A stretch of 64,000 nt of DNA, taken from assembly GCA_937901745.1 (NCBI GenBank), contig CALGSZ010000057.1, forward strand, positions 3,816 through 67,815, written 5' to 3'. This DNA is from an uncultured Chloroflexota bacterium (GTDB lineage: Bacteria; Chloroflexota; Chloroflexia; Thermomicrobiales; UBA6265). Of this stretch, positions 18,762-28,216 are shown piece by piece. A program made the position numbers and the translations under genes. Every line of letters starts with the position of its first letter. Positions within the stretch are counted from its first letter, which is position 1. The notes below the pieces were generated by a model. That model had not been told where the DNA came from. It saw only the letters and a program-made list of their open reading frames with translations, and made no database searches.

Positions 18762-19055
18762 CTAGAGCCGCTGATACTCTTCGAGATCGAGGACGAAGAC
18801 TGTGGCAGCGGCGGGCGGAGTCATGCCTGCTTCCTCCTCGACTGGTGGAGCGCCAGTTCGCGTGTGCTGGCGGATCAGGTCAAGCACGCGATCGACTTGA
18901 TCCTCGTCGGCACCGATCATTAGCGTCGTGTTGCCGCGCCGCAAGAATCCGCCGGTGCTCGCGAGACGCGTGGCGCGGAAATCCTCTTCGAGGAGCGCAT
19001 CTACAACAGCATCGGCGTCCTCGTTCTGCACGACCGCAATGATCAACTTCATCAT
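18762..19055 (-). CDS. darA: Cyclic-di-AMP receptor protein, PII-like (DarA/PstA/YaaQ family)
   Basis: MKLIIAVVQNEDADAVVDALLEEDFRATRLASTGGFLRRGNTTLMIG closely matches the YaaQ/DarA pattern as I remember it. Start placed at the MMKL methionines rather than 19079. Confidence 0.8.
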   Translation of the reverse strand: MMKLIIAVVQNEDADAVVDALLEEDFRATRLASTGGFLRRGNTTLMIGADEDQVDRVLDLIRQHTRTGAPPVEEEAGMTPPAAATVFVLDLEEYQRL

Positions 19056-19127
19056 GCCGCTAACCCCGCCACTTCCCATCTCCTTGCCGGTATGGCGCGA
19101 TATAGTATCGCTCTGGATTGATCCGCG

Positions 19128-19583
19128 CTAGTCTGCCGACCGTCCAGATCGGGCCCGCCGCGCATCTAGATAACCCTGAAGCATGACCGCGGCTGCTACG
19201 GCGTCCACCTGCGCCTTCCGGTCACTGCGCGATGCGCCGGATTCGATCAGAGACCGTTCAGCGATCGTCGTTGTCAGCCGCTCATCCCAATACTCAAGGG
19301 GCAACCCCAGGTCCGCCGCCAGCGCGTCCGCGTACGCTCGTGTCTCGGCTGCCTGCGGCCCTTCCCGTCCGGAGAGACCTCGGGGCAGACCGACGACGAG
19401 CCTCGCGACGCCGTACCGCGCGATCAAATCTCGCAATTCCGCCTGCTCGCGTCGTCCGCGCTCGACGACGCCGACGGGCGACGCGATGATGCCGAGCTCG
19501 TCGCTCACCGCAACGCCGATCCGGCGCTCTCCGACGTCCAATCCCAGGACGCGCTGGTGGATTTCAGGAGATGGCCGGACCAT
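19128..19583 (-). CDS. ruvX: Putative pre-16S rRNA nuclease / Holliday-junction-resolvase-like protein YqgF
   Basis: LGLDVGERRIGVAVSD N-terminal motif, about 150 aa, typical position downstream of alaS. Confidence 0.85.
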   Translation of the reverse strand: MVRPSPEIHQRVLGLDVGERRIGVAVSDELGIIASPVGVVERGRREQAELRDLIARYGVARLVVGLPRGLSGREGPQAAETRAYADALAADLGLPLEYWDERLTTTIAERSLIESGASRSDRKAQVDAVAAAVMLQGYLDARRARSGRSAD

Positions 19584-19595
19584 GGACTCCTCCCC

Positions 19596-21296
19596 TCAAC
19601 GGGTGCGAACTTCGATTCGCCCGGCGGATGACGGAATGCGACCCGGGAGCCAGCCGGGCGACGAGCGGATGGTGGCCGAGTCCACGTACGGCAGCGATTG
19701 GAGGTAAGCAATGGCATCCGACTCGTCCTTGCCGGCGACCGCTTCGGCGATCGCTCGCCGCTCGTCCTCGGACACCAATGCGCGCGCCTGGGCCTCAACC
19801 CGCGCGCGATAACGCGGCGCATCATCGTCGCTCGCGGATGGATCGGCCGCGCTCCAGCGAATCGTCGCCGGGTCGATCTCGTAGCCTTCAGGCGCGCCGT
19901 TTGCCAGCACCCCGGCGATGGCATCGCGGATTGCCATCTCGTCAACCATCATCGCTGTCACGCGGGCGGACGCTCGCACCGAGACGGTCGTTGCTTCCTC
20001 TCCCGCCGCCCGATCGAAGTCGAAGGTGATCTCGCCGGGCGCGACGGAGCCAGGCTCGATGATCTGGCCATCCTCGGCCGACCGGCTGCGCGCCTCGGCC
20101 AGTATCGCCTCCGTCGCCTGCCGCCGGAGCGATTCGAGATCTTCTTCCGAGACGACAGGGATCGTTCGATCGGTGCCGCCCGCGATCGGCTCCCGGCGGT
20201 TACTGTAGAACACGCCATCTCGGAGACGCCCGGTCAACATCCCGATCTCTCGGTTGCCGACGGTTCCGGGCTCGACGGAGCGGACCGTTGCCTCGGCTTG
20301 ACCGGGTTGAGCGCCGTCACCCTTGGCCGCCGGGATCGTCACCGTATCGGTGAACTCGAACTCAATCCCCTCGAAGCTAGTGAACCGCGTGCCCGCCTCG
20401 ATTGTCACATCCTGAGGGGTGGTGTTTCGCAGGACGATCTTCCCGGTGGCGGTTGCGTCGCCAATCGTCTTGACACCTGTCGTCTGAAGTGACTGCTCGA
20501 CGGTGACATCAAAGGCGACGGGCGTGGCCGCGATAGCGAAATCGACACCGGGTGGCGCCGAGTCGGAGGTGAGGAGCGCGTACGTCACCTCGCCCTGTAT
20601 CGGTTGACGCCTGACTGTCAGCTCGACCGTCGCCCGCGTCAAGAAGAGCGATGCCAGCAGATAGGCGACCACCAGCACGACAGCGAGCCCCGCTGCCGCG
20701 ATGATCGCCACCCGCCGATCGGCCGCGCTTAAACGGGCGAGGAGCTGGCCACGCTGTTCGCGCTCCTGAGCTGGCGCTTCGTCCTCGACCTCGGAAGCAC
20801 GCTCGACCGCCAGCGCTACCTTGACGGCAGGCGGAATCGCGGCCGGCGCATCCGCCTTGTCCGGCTTTGCCTCCTGGCTGGCGGTTTTCGCTTCGCCGTT
20901 CGCGCTGGCAGGAGCGGCGGGCTCCTGGATCTGGCCAGCTGCAACCGGCTGAGCCTCAACTTTGCGCTCGGGAGCAGACTGCGCCTCGACGCGGCGAGCC
21001 GGGGTAGGTGGCGTCTGGACGCGGCGTGCCGGAGCGCGGTTGGTTGCGGTGCTCGGCGGGGCGATCGCGAGACCGAACATGGCGGCCAGTTGCTGCCGCA
21101 GCGGGTCGTCGGTCGCCACCGACACGTCGAGGCCATCGCGCTCGGCGGCGGTGCGCAGCGCTCGGAACTCACTAGCCGTCAGGAAGAGCGAGCTTGCCGG
21201 TGGAATCTCGAGGGCAATCGGTCCCTCGCCAGCCTGACGGAGACGCGCCAACACGTCCGGCAGCGCGTCGCTCTGCCCGACGGTGATCGTCGTCAT
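19596..21296 (-). CDS. Single-pass membrane protein with Pro/Ala-rich spacer and baseplate-J/gp47-like C-terminal ectodomain (tentative)
   Basis: ATG 21296 lies 5 nt after the alaS stop; TTG 21305 would overlap it. TM helix VAIIAAAGLAVVLVVAYLLASLFL. C-terminal ATVRSVEPGTVGNREIGMLTG resembles the baseplate J signature. Ends 12 nt before ruvX. Confidence 0.6.
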   Translation of the reverse strand: MTTITVGQSDALPDVLARLRQAGEGPIALEIPPASSLFLTASEFRALRTAAERDGLDVSVATDDPLRQQLAAMFGLAIAPPSTATNRAPARRVQTPPTPARRVEAQSAPERKVEAQPVAAGQIQEPAAPASANGEAKTASQEAKPDKADAPAAIPPAVKVALAVERASEVEDEAPAQEREQRGQLLARLSAADRRVAIIAAAGLAVVLVVAYLLASLFLTRATVELTVRRQPIQGEVTYALLTSDSAPPGVDFAIAATPVAFDVTVEQSLQTTGVKTIGDATATGKIVLRNTTPQDVTIEAGTRFTSFEGIEFEFTDTVTIPAAKGDGAQPGQAEATVRSVEPGTVGNREIGMLTGRLRDGVFYSNRREPIAGGTDRTIPVVSEEDLESLRRQATEAILAEARSRSAEDGQIIEPGSVAPGEITFDFDRAAGEEATTVSVRASARVTAMMVDEMAIRDAIAGVLANGAPEGYEIDPATIRWSAADPSASDDDAPRYRARVEAQARALVSEDERRAIAEAVAGKDESDAIAYLQSLPYVDSATIRSSPGWLPGRIPSSAGRIEVRTR

Positions 21297-21301
21297 CGCC
21301 G

Positions 21302-23944
21302 TCAATGACTCAGCCCGCGCCGAACGATGTCGGTTACGGCGGCCAGCGCCGCATCCAGCTTGGAGGCGTCCTTGCCGCCGCCTTCGGCGAGGTCCGGCCG
21401 TCCACCGCCGCGGCCATCGATCAGCGTCGCCGCCTCTCTTACTACGTCACCGGCGCGGACGCCGCGCTGGACGATATCCGGAGTAACCATCGTCAGGAGG
21501 CTCGGACGGCCATCAATGACGGTGCCGAGAACGATGACGCCGGAACCGAGCCGATCCCGTAGCCGGTCGCCGAGCTGGCGCAGGCTGTCCTTGGAGTCGA
21601 CGTCGACGCGCGCGGCGAGCACCTTCGTCCCATCAACGGAGACCGCCCGCTCGAGTAGATCTCCCGCCCGCGCACCAGCGATCTGCGAGCGCAAGCGAGC
21701 GATCTCACGCTCGGCAGAGCGGAGCCGCTCCTGCAGCGCTTCGACGGAGTCGGGGATCTCCGCCCAGGGGATGCGCAACTCGCGGGCGACCTGTTCAAGC
21801 GTCTGCTGCTGCCGCAAGATGCGGTCGATCGCGGCCTCGCCCGTGAGCGCCTCGATCCGGCGCACGCCAGCCGCTACGCTCCCTTCCGAGACGATGACGA
21901 ACGGGCCGATTTCGCCCGTGTGCGAGACGTGCGTGCCGCCGCACAGCTCCTTGGAGAAGCCGTCGACCTCGATGACGCGGACGATGTCGCCGTACTTCTC
22001 GCCGAACAGCGCCATCGCGCCGGACGCGACCGCCTCCTTGAACGGCATGTACGTCGCCGTGACGGGCGAGTCGGCCAGGATGCGCTCGTTGACGATGCGC
22101 GTCACGCGCTCCAGCTGATCCGGCTGCATCGGATCGAGACAGGTGAAGTCGAAGCGCAGCCGATCCGGCGCCACGAGCGAGCCGGCCTGGTGCGTCTCCT
22201 CGCCGAGCACGATCCGCAGCGCGCGGTGGAGTAGGTGCGTCGCGGTGTGGTTCCGGCGAATCGCCCGTCGGCGTGGTTCGTCAATGCGCGCCCGCGCCTT
22301 CTCGCCGGTCTTGACGAAGCCCTCGGCGACGATGCCACGGTGGACGTGCAGCTCCGGTGTCGGCTTGAAGGTGTCGTCAATGTTGATGACGCCAGTATCG
22401 GTCCGGATCCACCCGGTGTCGCCGACCTGACCGCCGGACTCGCCATAGAACGGCGTGCGGTCGAGAATGACCTCAACCGCCTGTCCCGCCTCGGCGACGG
22501 TGAGTGGACCGTCCGGGCCAAGCAGGCCGAGGATCGTGGCCTCTGCCTCGGATTCGGTGTAGCCGACGAATTCGGTGCGGGTCGAGATCGAGGCATAGAG
22601 ACCGGCGCGGTCGCGCATCGCGTCCTTGAACGCCTCGCTGCCGCGGCTCGCCGCGCGCTGAGCGGCCATCGCCCGATCGAAGCCTGCCTGGTCGACCTCC
22701 AGCCCCTGCTCGCGGGCGAGCTCGACCGTCAGGTCGTAGGGGAAGCCGTAGGTGTCGTAGAGGCGGAAGACTTCCTCGCCGGGGAGGACCAGGTTCTGCA
22801 CTTCCGCCGCGCCTTCGGCCCGCGCCGAGCGCTGCAGATCCTCGACCAGCGCCTGGAACCGCGCCATGCCGGCGGAGAGGGTTCGGCCAAACGTCTCCTC
22901 CTCGTGCGTCAGTACCCGCTCGATCTGCGGGCGCCGCTCGCGCAGGTTGGGATAGTCGTCGCCGAACTGGCCGATCACCACATCCGCCATCTCGGCGAGG
23001 AAGGGCTTGTCCAACCCGAGCCGGCGACCGTGCCGAATCGCCCGGCGCAGGATGCGGCGCAGCACGTAGGAGCGGCCTTCGTTGCCGGGCAGGACGCCAT
23101 CCGCGATCAGGAATGTCGCTCCACGCGAATGGTCGGCGATGACGCGCAGCGCCCGGTCGGCTTGCTCGTCACTGCCATAGCGCACGCCGGCTAACCCGGC
23201 CGCCCGCTGAATGATCGCCTGGTAGAGATCGGTGTCGTAGATGGAGCGGGCGCCTTGCATCAGCATGGTCAGCCGCTCCAAGCCCATACCGGTGTCGACG
23301 TTCTTGCGAGGCAGCGGTGTGCGGGTGCCATCCGGAGCCTGGTAGAACTCCATGAAGACGTTGTTCCAGACCTCCAGAAAGCGGTCGCTCTCACCGGGGC
23401 CGCCGTTCCCGCCGCCGAACTCCGGGCCAAGGTCGAAATAGATCTCGGAGTCCGGGCCGTTGGGGCCGGTGGCGCCGACGGGGCCCCACCAGTTGTCCTC
23501 GAGCTTACCGATTCGCTCCTCCGGCACGCCGATCTCGTCCCGCCAGATCCGGTACGCCTCCTCATCGTCCGGGTGGACGGTCGGGTACAGCCGCTCGGGG
23601 TCGAGCCCCATGACCTCCGTCAGGAACTCCCAGGACCAGGCCAGCGACTCCCGCTTGAAGTAGTCGCCGATGGAGAAGTTGCCGAGCATGAAGAAGAAGG
23701 TGCAGTGGCTTTCGTCGCCGACCTCGTCGATGTCAACGGTGCGGAAGCATTTCTGGACGGAACAGAGACGGGGCGCGGGAGGAGTCTCCAAGCCCAAGAA
23801 GAAGGGCGTCATCTGCTGCATTCCGGCGGTCGTCAGCAGGACCGTCGGATCGTTATGCGGCACGAGCGACGAGCTTGGCATCTCGACGTGCCCGCGCTCG
23901 ACGAAAAAATCAATGAAAGCCCGGCGCACTTCCGCGCCGCTCAT
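21302..23944 (-). CDS. alaS: Alanine--tRNA ligase
   Basis: MSGAEVRRAFIDFFVERGH..., class II motifs, the editing-domain HxxxH/CxxxH region (HTATHLLH, CGGTHV) and a C-terminal DHHA1-like tail. Upstream in-frame ATGs (24046, 23989) are possible but non-homologous extensions. Confidence 0.95.
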   Translation of the reverse strand: MSGAEVRRAFIDFFVERGHVEMPSSSLVPHNDPTVLLTTAGMQQMTPFFLGLETPPAPRLCSVQKCFRTVDIDEVGDESHCTFFFMLGNFSIGDYFKRESLAWSWEFLTEVMGLDPERLYPTVHPDDEEAYRIWRDEIGVPEERIGKLEDNWWGPVGATGPNGPDSEIYFDLGPEFGGGNGGPGESDRFLEVWNNVFMEFYQAPDGTRTPLPRKNVDTGMGLERLTMLMQGARSIYDTDLYQAIIQRAAGLAGVRYGSDEQADRALRVIADHSRGATFLIADGVLPGNEGRSYVLRRILRRAIRHGRRLGLDKPFLAEMADVVIGQFGDDYPNLRERRPQIERVLTHEEETFGRTLSAGMARFQALVEDLQRSARAEGAAEVQNLVLPGEEVFRLYDTYGFPYDLTVELAREQGLEVDQAGFDRAMAAQRAASRGSEAFKDAMRDRAGLYASISTRTEFVGYTESEAEATILGLLGPDGPLTVAEAGQAVEVILDRTPFYGESGGQVGDTGWIRTDTGVINIDDTFKPTPELHVHRGIVAEGFVKTGEKARARIDEPRRRAIRRNHTATHLLHRALRIVLGEETHQAGSLVAPDRLRFDFTCLDPMQPDQLERVTRIVNERILADSPVTATYMPFKEAVASGAMALFGEKYGDIVRVIEVDGFSKELCGGTHVSHTGEIGPFVIVSEGSVAAGVRRIEALTGEAAIDRILRQQQTLEQVARELRIPWAEIPDSVEALQERLRSAEREIARLRSQIAGARAGDLLERAVSVDGTKVLAARVDVDSKDSLRQLGDRLRDRLGSGVIVLGTVIDGRPSLLTMVTPDIVQRGVRAGDVVREAATLIDGRGGGRPDLAEGGGKDASKLDAALAAVTDIVRRGLSH

Positions 23945-24082
23945 CCATCGGTGGCCGTGAGAGGGCCGCTCACTTTGACCGTTGCCCATTCCGCTGTCGT
24001 CCTCTGAATGCTGCCCGCAGGCCGCTGTCCTCTGACCGCCGCCCACGCGATATTGTGAGACGGATCACAGAGTCGAACCTTG

Positions 24083-24112
24083 ATTGTGCCAGAGCCACAG
24101 AGCCGCAAGCAA
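24083..24112 (-). promoter_or_regulatory. Candidate alaS promoter (TTGCTT-18-CACAAT), with a second CTCTGTG...CACAAT copy about 30 nt downstream
   Basis: Minus strand reads TTGCTT (24112-24107), 18-nt spacer, CACAAT (24088-24083). A similar CTCTGTG-N8-CACAAT has its CACAAT at 24057-24052. Confidence 0.3.
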
Positions 24113-24220
24113 CCAACGTGCCGCGCGCCGACCCGAGGAACGGACCGGCGCACGGTGATGCCGAATACATGAAGCGAGCGTGGCCATCAGGCGCAGAGAC
24201 GAGTGGCGAACCAGATCCGA

Positions 24221-26251
24221 CTACGCGACGCGGCGAGCTTGCTCGCCGGGCGGCGGCGCGTCGGCGACGATGTCATGCCGCTCGCCATGGAACGGCACGC
24301 CCTTCAGGCGCAAGTTCCGGCCGTGTGGTAGCGGATCGGCCAGGAGTCCAGTGGGTCCCGGCTCGACACCGGCCAACTGCTGGAGCAGATGAATGACGCT
24401 GCCGGCGGCCCAGGCTTGCGGCGAGCAGGCGACTGGGTAGTCCACCGGGAACGGCGTCGCGTTCCGGTCATAGCCGCAGAAGAGCTCCGGCAGGCGATGA
24501 CCATCGAACCAGCGAGTCGCCGCCAGCAGGCCATCGGCAACCTCGATCGCCTCCCGGCGGTAGCCGTAGCGGCGGAAGCCAGCGACGATCAGCGCCGTGT
24601 CGTGCGGCCAGACGCTTCCGTTGTGGTAGCTCGTCGGGTTGTAGGCGCGCATGCCAGTCGCCATCGTTCGAATTCCCCAACCCGAGAAGCAATCGGGCGC
24701 CATCAACCGCTCGACGACACGCCCGGCGTAGGGCTCGTCCACCGCGCCCGACCAGAGGAGATGACCGGGATTCGAGGTGATGCTGTCCACCGGGCGCTTG
24801 TGCCGATCGAGCGCGAGCGCGTAAAAGCCTTGGTCCGGCATCCAGAACGCCTCGTGCACGGTCTGCTTCAGCCGCTGAGCCTCGGCGCGCAGCCGCGCGG
24901 CATCCTCTGGCCGCCCGAGCGCATCGTAGAGATCGGCCATGCTGCACTTGGCGGCGTAGACATAACCCTGGACCTCGATGAGGGCAATTGGCGGCTCCGC
25001 GATGCGACCATCGGCGAAGCGAACGCTGTCCCAAGAGTCCTTCCAACCCTGGTTCTCGAGGCCGTGGCGGGAGCGGCGGTGGTATTCGATCAGGCCATCG
25101 CCGTCCATGTCGCCGTGAGCATCAAGCCAGCGAAGCGCCCGCTCGGCGGCCGGCAGCAGCTCCTCGATGAGATTCCGGTCTCCCGTCCAGCGGAACGTTT
25201 CGGCCAGGAGGAGCAGCCAGAGCGGCGTGGCATCTGCCGTCCCGTAGTAGCGAGCGTGCGGGATCATCCCGGCCTCGGCGAGCGCGCCAAACCGGACCTC
25301 GTGTGGCATCTTGCCCGGCTCGGCATCGCGGAAGGCGCTCGCGCGACGAGCCTGATAGGCGGCAAGGGTGCGAAGCGTGCCGGTGGCGAGGCGCGGTCCG
25401 AGCATGAGCGTCTGCAGACTCGTGATCAGGGCGTCGCGGCCGAAGATGGCCAGATACCATGGGATGCCGGCCGCCGGGATCACGTGTCCGCTGCTCAGCG
25501 CCAGCTCGAGCGCGGCCAGATCGCGCACCGAGCGGTCAAATGCCAGGTGAAGATCGAGATCACTCGTCTCGAGCGTCGGCAGGTGTCGCAGCCAGTCGGT
25601 CAGCGGCTCTTCCGCCGAGGCGTGCGCGATCGGCACGGGCCCCACCGTCGCGGGATAGGGCACTGACCACTCGACGCGGACCTCGAGCGTCCAAGTTTCG
25701 CCGGGCTCGAGGTGGACCGGGAAGTGCGCGACCCCACGGCGAACCGAATCCGGCGCGTGCGAGAACCGCACGCGTGTCCGCCGGTTCTGATTGCGGCTGA
25801 GATCGGCGAAGACGATCGGCGCATCCGCTGTGCGGAGAAGACGCCGGCGCCCTGGCCGCGACATCACGTGCGACCGGACCTCAAAGATGTCCGCGTAATC
25901 CGCATCAAATGCAAGTGTTAGATGAATATCGGCGGGTGTATCCCCACGGTTCGTCAGCGAGATCGTCTCCGTGAACGCGTGGTTGATCCGCCGGCGCCGC
26001 ACGCACTCGATCGTGTGCGCGTGAATATCTCCAAAGGCCGGATTCGTCGCGTAGATATGCGCTTCCGAGTGGTGCACCGGACCCGAGCGGAGAAGGAGCG
26101 GAACGCTCCCGTTCAATCGCAGCGCGTACCGAGAGAGGAAGCGCGTATCGGCAACGTACAGGCCGTGATCGCTGCCGGCGGCAATATCACCGTGCGCGTC
26201 CGTGACGACGAACGCGTGTCCCGCCGCCGTGGTTAAGTCCAGGCGAGTCAT
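24221..26251 (-). CDS. Amylo-alpha-1,6-glucosidase-family glycogen debranching enzyme (archaeal/bacterial GDE type)
   Basis: 676 aa. N-terminal GDE_N-like region, C-terminal (alpha/alpha)6-barrel motifs GHLLWSG and YHNGSVWPHDT. Confidence 0.8.
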   Translation of the reverse strand: MTRLDLTTAAGHAFVVTDAHGDIAAGSDHGLYVADTRFLSRYALRLNGSVPLLLRSGPVHHSEAHIYATNPAFGDIHAHTIECVRRRRINHAFTETISLTNRGDTPADIHLTLAFDADYADIFEVRSHVMSRPGRRRLLRTADAPIVFADLSRNQNRRTRVRFSHAPDSVRRGVAHFPVHLEPGETWTLEVRVEWSVPYPATVGPVPIAHASAEEPLTDWLRHLPTLETSDLDLHLAFDRSVRDLAALELALSSGHVIPAAGIPWYLAIFGRDALITSLQTLMLGPRLATGTLRTLAAYQARRASAFRDAEPGKMPHEVRFGALAEAGMIPHARYYGTADATPLWLLLLAETFRWTGDRNLIEELLPAAERALRWLDAHGDMDGDGLIEYHRRSRHGLENQGWKDSWDSVRFADGRIAEPPIALIEVQGYVYAAKCSMADLYDALGRPEDAARLRAEAQRLKQTVHEAFWMPDQGFYALALDRHKRPVDSITSNPGHLLWSGAVDEPYAGRVVERLMAPDCFSGWGIRTMATGMRAYNPTSYHNGSVWPHDTALIVAGFRRYGYRREAIEVADGLLAATRWFDGHRLPELFCGYDRNATPFPVDYPVACSPQAWAAGSVIHLLQQLAGVEPGPTGLLADPLPHGRNLRLKGVPFHGERHDIVADAPPPGEQARRVA

Positions 26252-26567
26252 AGCTCTCTATGCAACCTTTCGAAATTTGCTGGAATTCACCCGATCGCTG
26301 TCCCGTTTCGCCTCGGTAGCTGGTCGTTTACCGGGCTGTTTGCGTGTGTCGGCGCGGCGGGGCTGCTGCGCCGAATCACACCGGGCTTTGCGAGGTAGTT
26401 TGACGTGGTATGACGTTACACCGAACCGCTAGGCGGCTATCGCCCGCGTGGTTCGGCAACTATTATACTTTATGTGCGTCGCCTTGGGCGGCGCATCTTC
26501 ATGTTGGCCTCCCGCGCGATCGGCTCAACGTTCCAAGGGCCGGTCGTGACTGTCAGGAGTCACCGCC

Positions 26568-27533
26568 TTGGTATTCAGTCGACTTTTCCGGCGCCGCTCC
26601 GAGCCCGACGTTCAACTCGAAAAAGGGCTCGAGAAGACGCGGCGCAGCGTTTTCAGCGAGATTTCTCGCCTTTTTGAGCGCGGTTCGCTCGACGAGGAGC
26701 TGTACGAGGACTTGGAAATGCTCCTCATCCAGGCCGATGTCGGCTGGGATGTGAGCCAGCGACTCGTCGAAGAGCTACGTGAGCGCGTCAAGCGCGATGG
26801 GATCACCGATCCGGCGCAGGCCCGCGAGATCCTCCGCTACGAGATGATCGAGCTGCTGGAGCTGGCCACGCGCAACCGGAAGGTCAAGATCCTTCAGCGC
26901 GGCGTGCCCTGGGTGATCATGGTCGTCGGCGTCAACGGCGTGGGCAAGACGACGTCAATCGCCAAGCTGGCCGCGTATCACCAGCGGTTCGGCCGCTCCG
27001 TCATGCTCGCGGCTGGCGACACCTTCCGCGCCGCGGCGATCGATCAGCTCAAGATCTGGGGCGACCGGCTCAACGTGCCGGTCATCGCCCACGCTCCGGG
27101 CGCGGATCCTGGCGCCGTCGTCTTCGATGCCATGCAGGCGGCGCACAATCGCGGCATGGACGTGCTGATCGTCGATACCGCCGGCCGCTTGCACACGAAG
27201 TACAACCTGATGGCCGAGCTGGCGAAGATTCGCAAGGTCATGCAGCGCCACGTCGAAGAGGCTCCGCAGGAAGTCTTGCTCGTCATCGACGCGACGACCG
27301 GGCAGAACGGGCTCGTCCAAGCCAAGACGTTCGCCGAATCGGTGGACATCACCGACATCATGATCGCCAAGCTGGACGGGACGGCGAAGGGAGGCATCGC
27401 CTTTGCCGTCGCCAAGGAGCTGGGCATCCCCATCTCCTACGTGGGCACCGGCGAGAAGGCGACCGATCTGGCCGAGTTCCACCCGGAGAAGTACGTCGAC
27501 GCGCTCTTCTTCGGCGCCGAAGAAGGCCTCTAG
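26568..27533 (+). CDS. ftsY: Signal recognition particle receptor FtsY (short form, NG domain only)
   Basis: TTG start after AGGAG. GVNGVGKTTSIAKLA, DTAGRLH, AKLDGTAKGG. Confidence 0.9.
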   Translation: MVFSRLFRRRSEPDVQLEKGLEKTRRSVFSEISRLFERGSLDEELYEDLEMLLIQADVGWDVSQRLVEELRERVKRDGITDPAQAREILRYEMIELLELATRNRKVKILQRGVPWVIMVVGVNGVGKTTSIAKLAAYHQRFGRSVMLAAGDTFRAAAIDQLKIWGDRLNVPVIAHAPGADPGAVVFDAMQAAHNRGMDVLIVDTAGRLHTKYNLMAELAKIRKVMQRHVEEAPQEVLLVIDATTGQNGLVQAKTFAESVDITDIMIAKLDGTAKGGIAFAVAKELGIPISYVGTGEKATDLAEFHPEKYVDALFFGAEEGL

Positions 27534-27593
27534 TGTCCGGTCGCACCGGCGCCAGTCCACCGTCGAGCGCCGGTTAGCGCGCTCTTTCGTCAA

Positions 27594-27650
27594 GCAGATC
27601 GGCGTCGACCGCCGGTAGCGTGGCGGCCGACGCCGATCTGCTTTCTCAGT
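27594..27650 (+). terminator. Strong intrinsic terminator after ftsY
   Basis: GCAGATCGGCGTCG (27594-27607) pairs perfectly with CGACGCCGATCTGC (27628-27641). An inner CCGCC/GGCGG helix is present. Followed by TTTCTCAGTTTCTCG. Confidence 0.65.
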
Positions 27651-27676
27651 TTCTCGAAATCGCTAGGAACCGAGAC

Positions 27677-27943
27677 CTATAGGAAATGGCGGCGACGACG
27701 TGAGGACCGCGTGTCGCTCGTCGTCCATTCGCTCTCGATCAAGCGGGCCCGGCGAGCGCGGACACGCACCAAGCGCCACCGGAATGCCAACGGTCCCGCA
27801 ATGGCCACCGCGCCAATGATGAGCCAGGGCCAGCCGACGATCGCGGCATACGCGCCGGCTTCGGATGACCACGCGACGATGAAGACGACGGCGATGACCG
27901 CCACCTGAAAGGCGAACAGGATGGCGAGCGAGATTTTCAGCAT
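27677..27943 (-). CDS. Small membrane protein, 2-3 TM with Arg-rich tail (LapA/DUF1049-like appearance)
   Basis: MLKISLAILFAFQVAVIAVVFIVAW...WLIIGAVAIAGPLAFRWRLVRVRARRARL. The longer start at 28000 is possible. Support is from composition only. Confidence 0.3.
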   Translation of the reverse strand: MLKISLAILFAFQVAVIAVVFIVAWSSEAGAYAAIVGWPWLIIGAVAIAGPLAFRWRLVRVRARRARLIESEWTTSDTRSSRRRRHFL

Positions 27944-28216
27944 GGAGAAGTAGCGTTCGGGATGCTCGTCCACCGCCAGTTCTCCGCCTAGCGCTGCCAC
28001 TCCGCCGCGAGCGCCGCGCCGATGGTTCTCGCAAGGCGTCGCTCGCGGCTACAGCTCTCAGGATACACCGGGTGTCCACCGTCGCCGTCCGAGACGTGGC
28101 AGTCGCGCAAGATCAGCGAGGCAATCCTAACGACACTCAAATAGGAATGGGCGCCCGCCTGGAGCAGACGCCCATCGTGGCCTACGTTCGGTGTCGTGTC
28201 GAGCGAGGTCGGAATA

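Noticed and set aside
24061-24120. tRNA-like T-loop string GGTTCGACTC on the minus strand upstream of alaS
   Set aside because: The flanking bases give only a 4/5 T-stem with an A-G mismatch. No complementary acceptor stem, D arm or anticodon arm can be built.
23945-24220. T-box or other riboswitch leader for alaS
   Set aside because: No T-box sequence (…GGGTGGTACCGCG-like) and no specifier/terminator architecture found. Only promoter-like repeats could be supported.
26401-26416. Direct repeat TGACGT-N4-TGACGT in the GDE/ftsY divergent region
   Set aside because: Too short to distinguish from chance. No convincing associated -35/-10 pair or known regulator motif.
27663-28079. 138-aa minus-strand ORF overlapping the small membrane-protein ORF
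   Set aside because: Extremely Arg-rich with no features. The alternative frame (27677-28000) at least encodes plausible TM helices.
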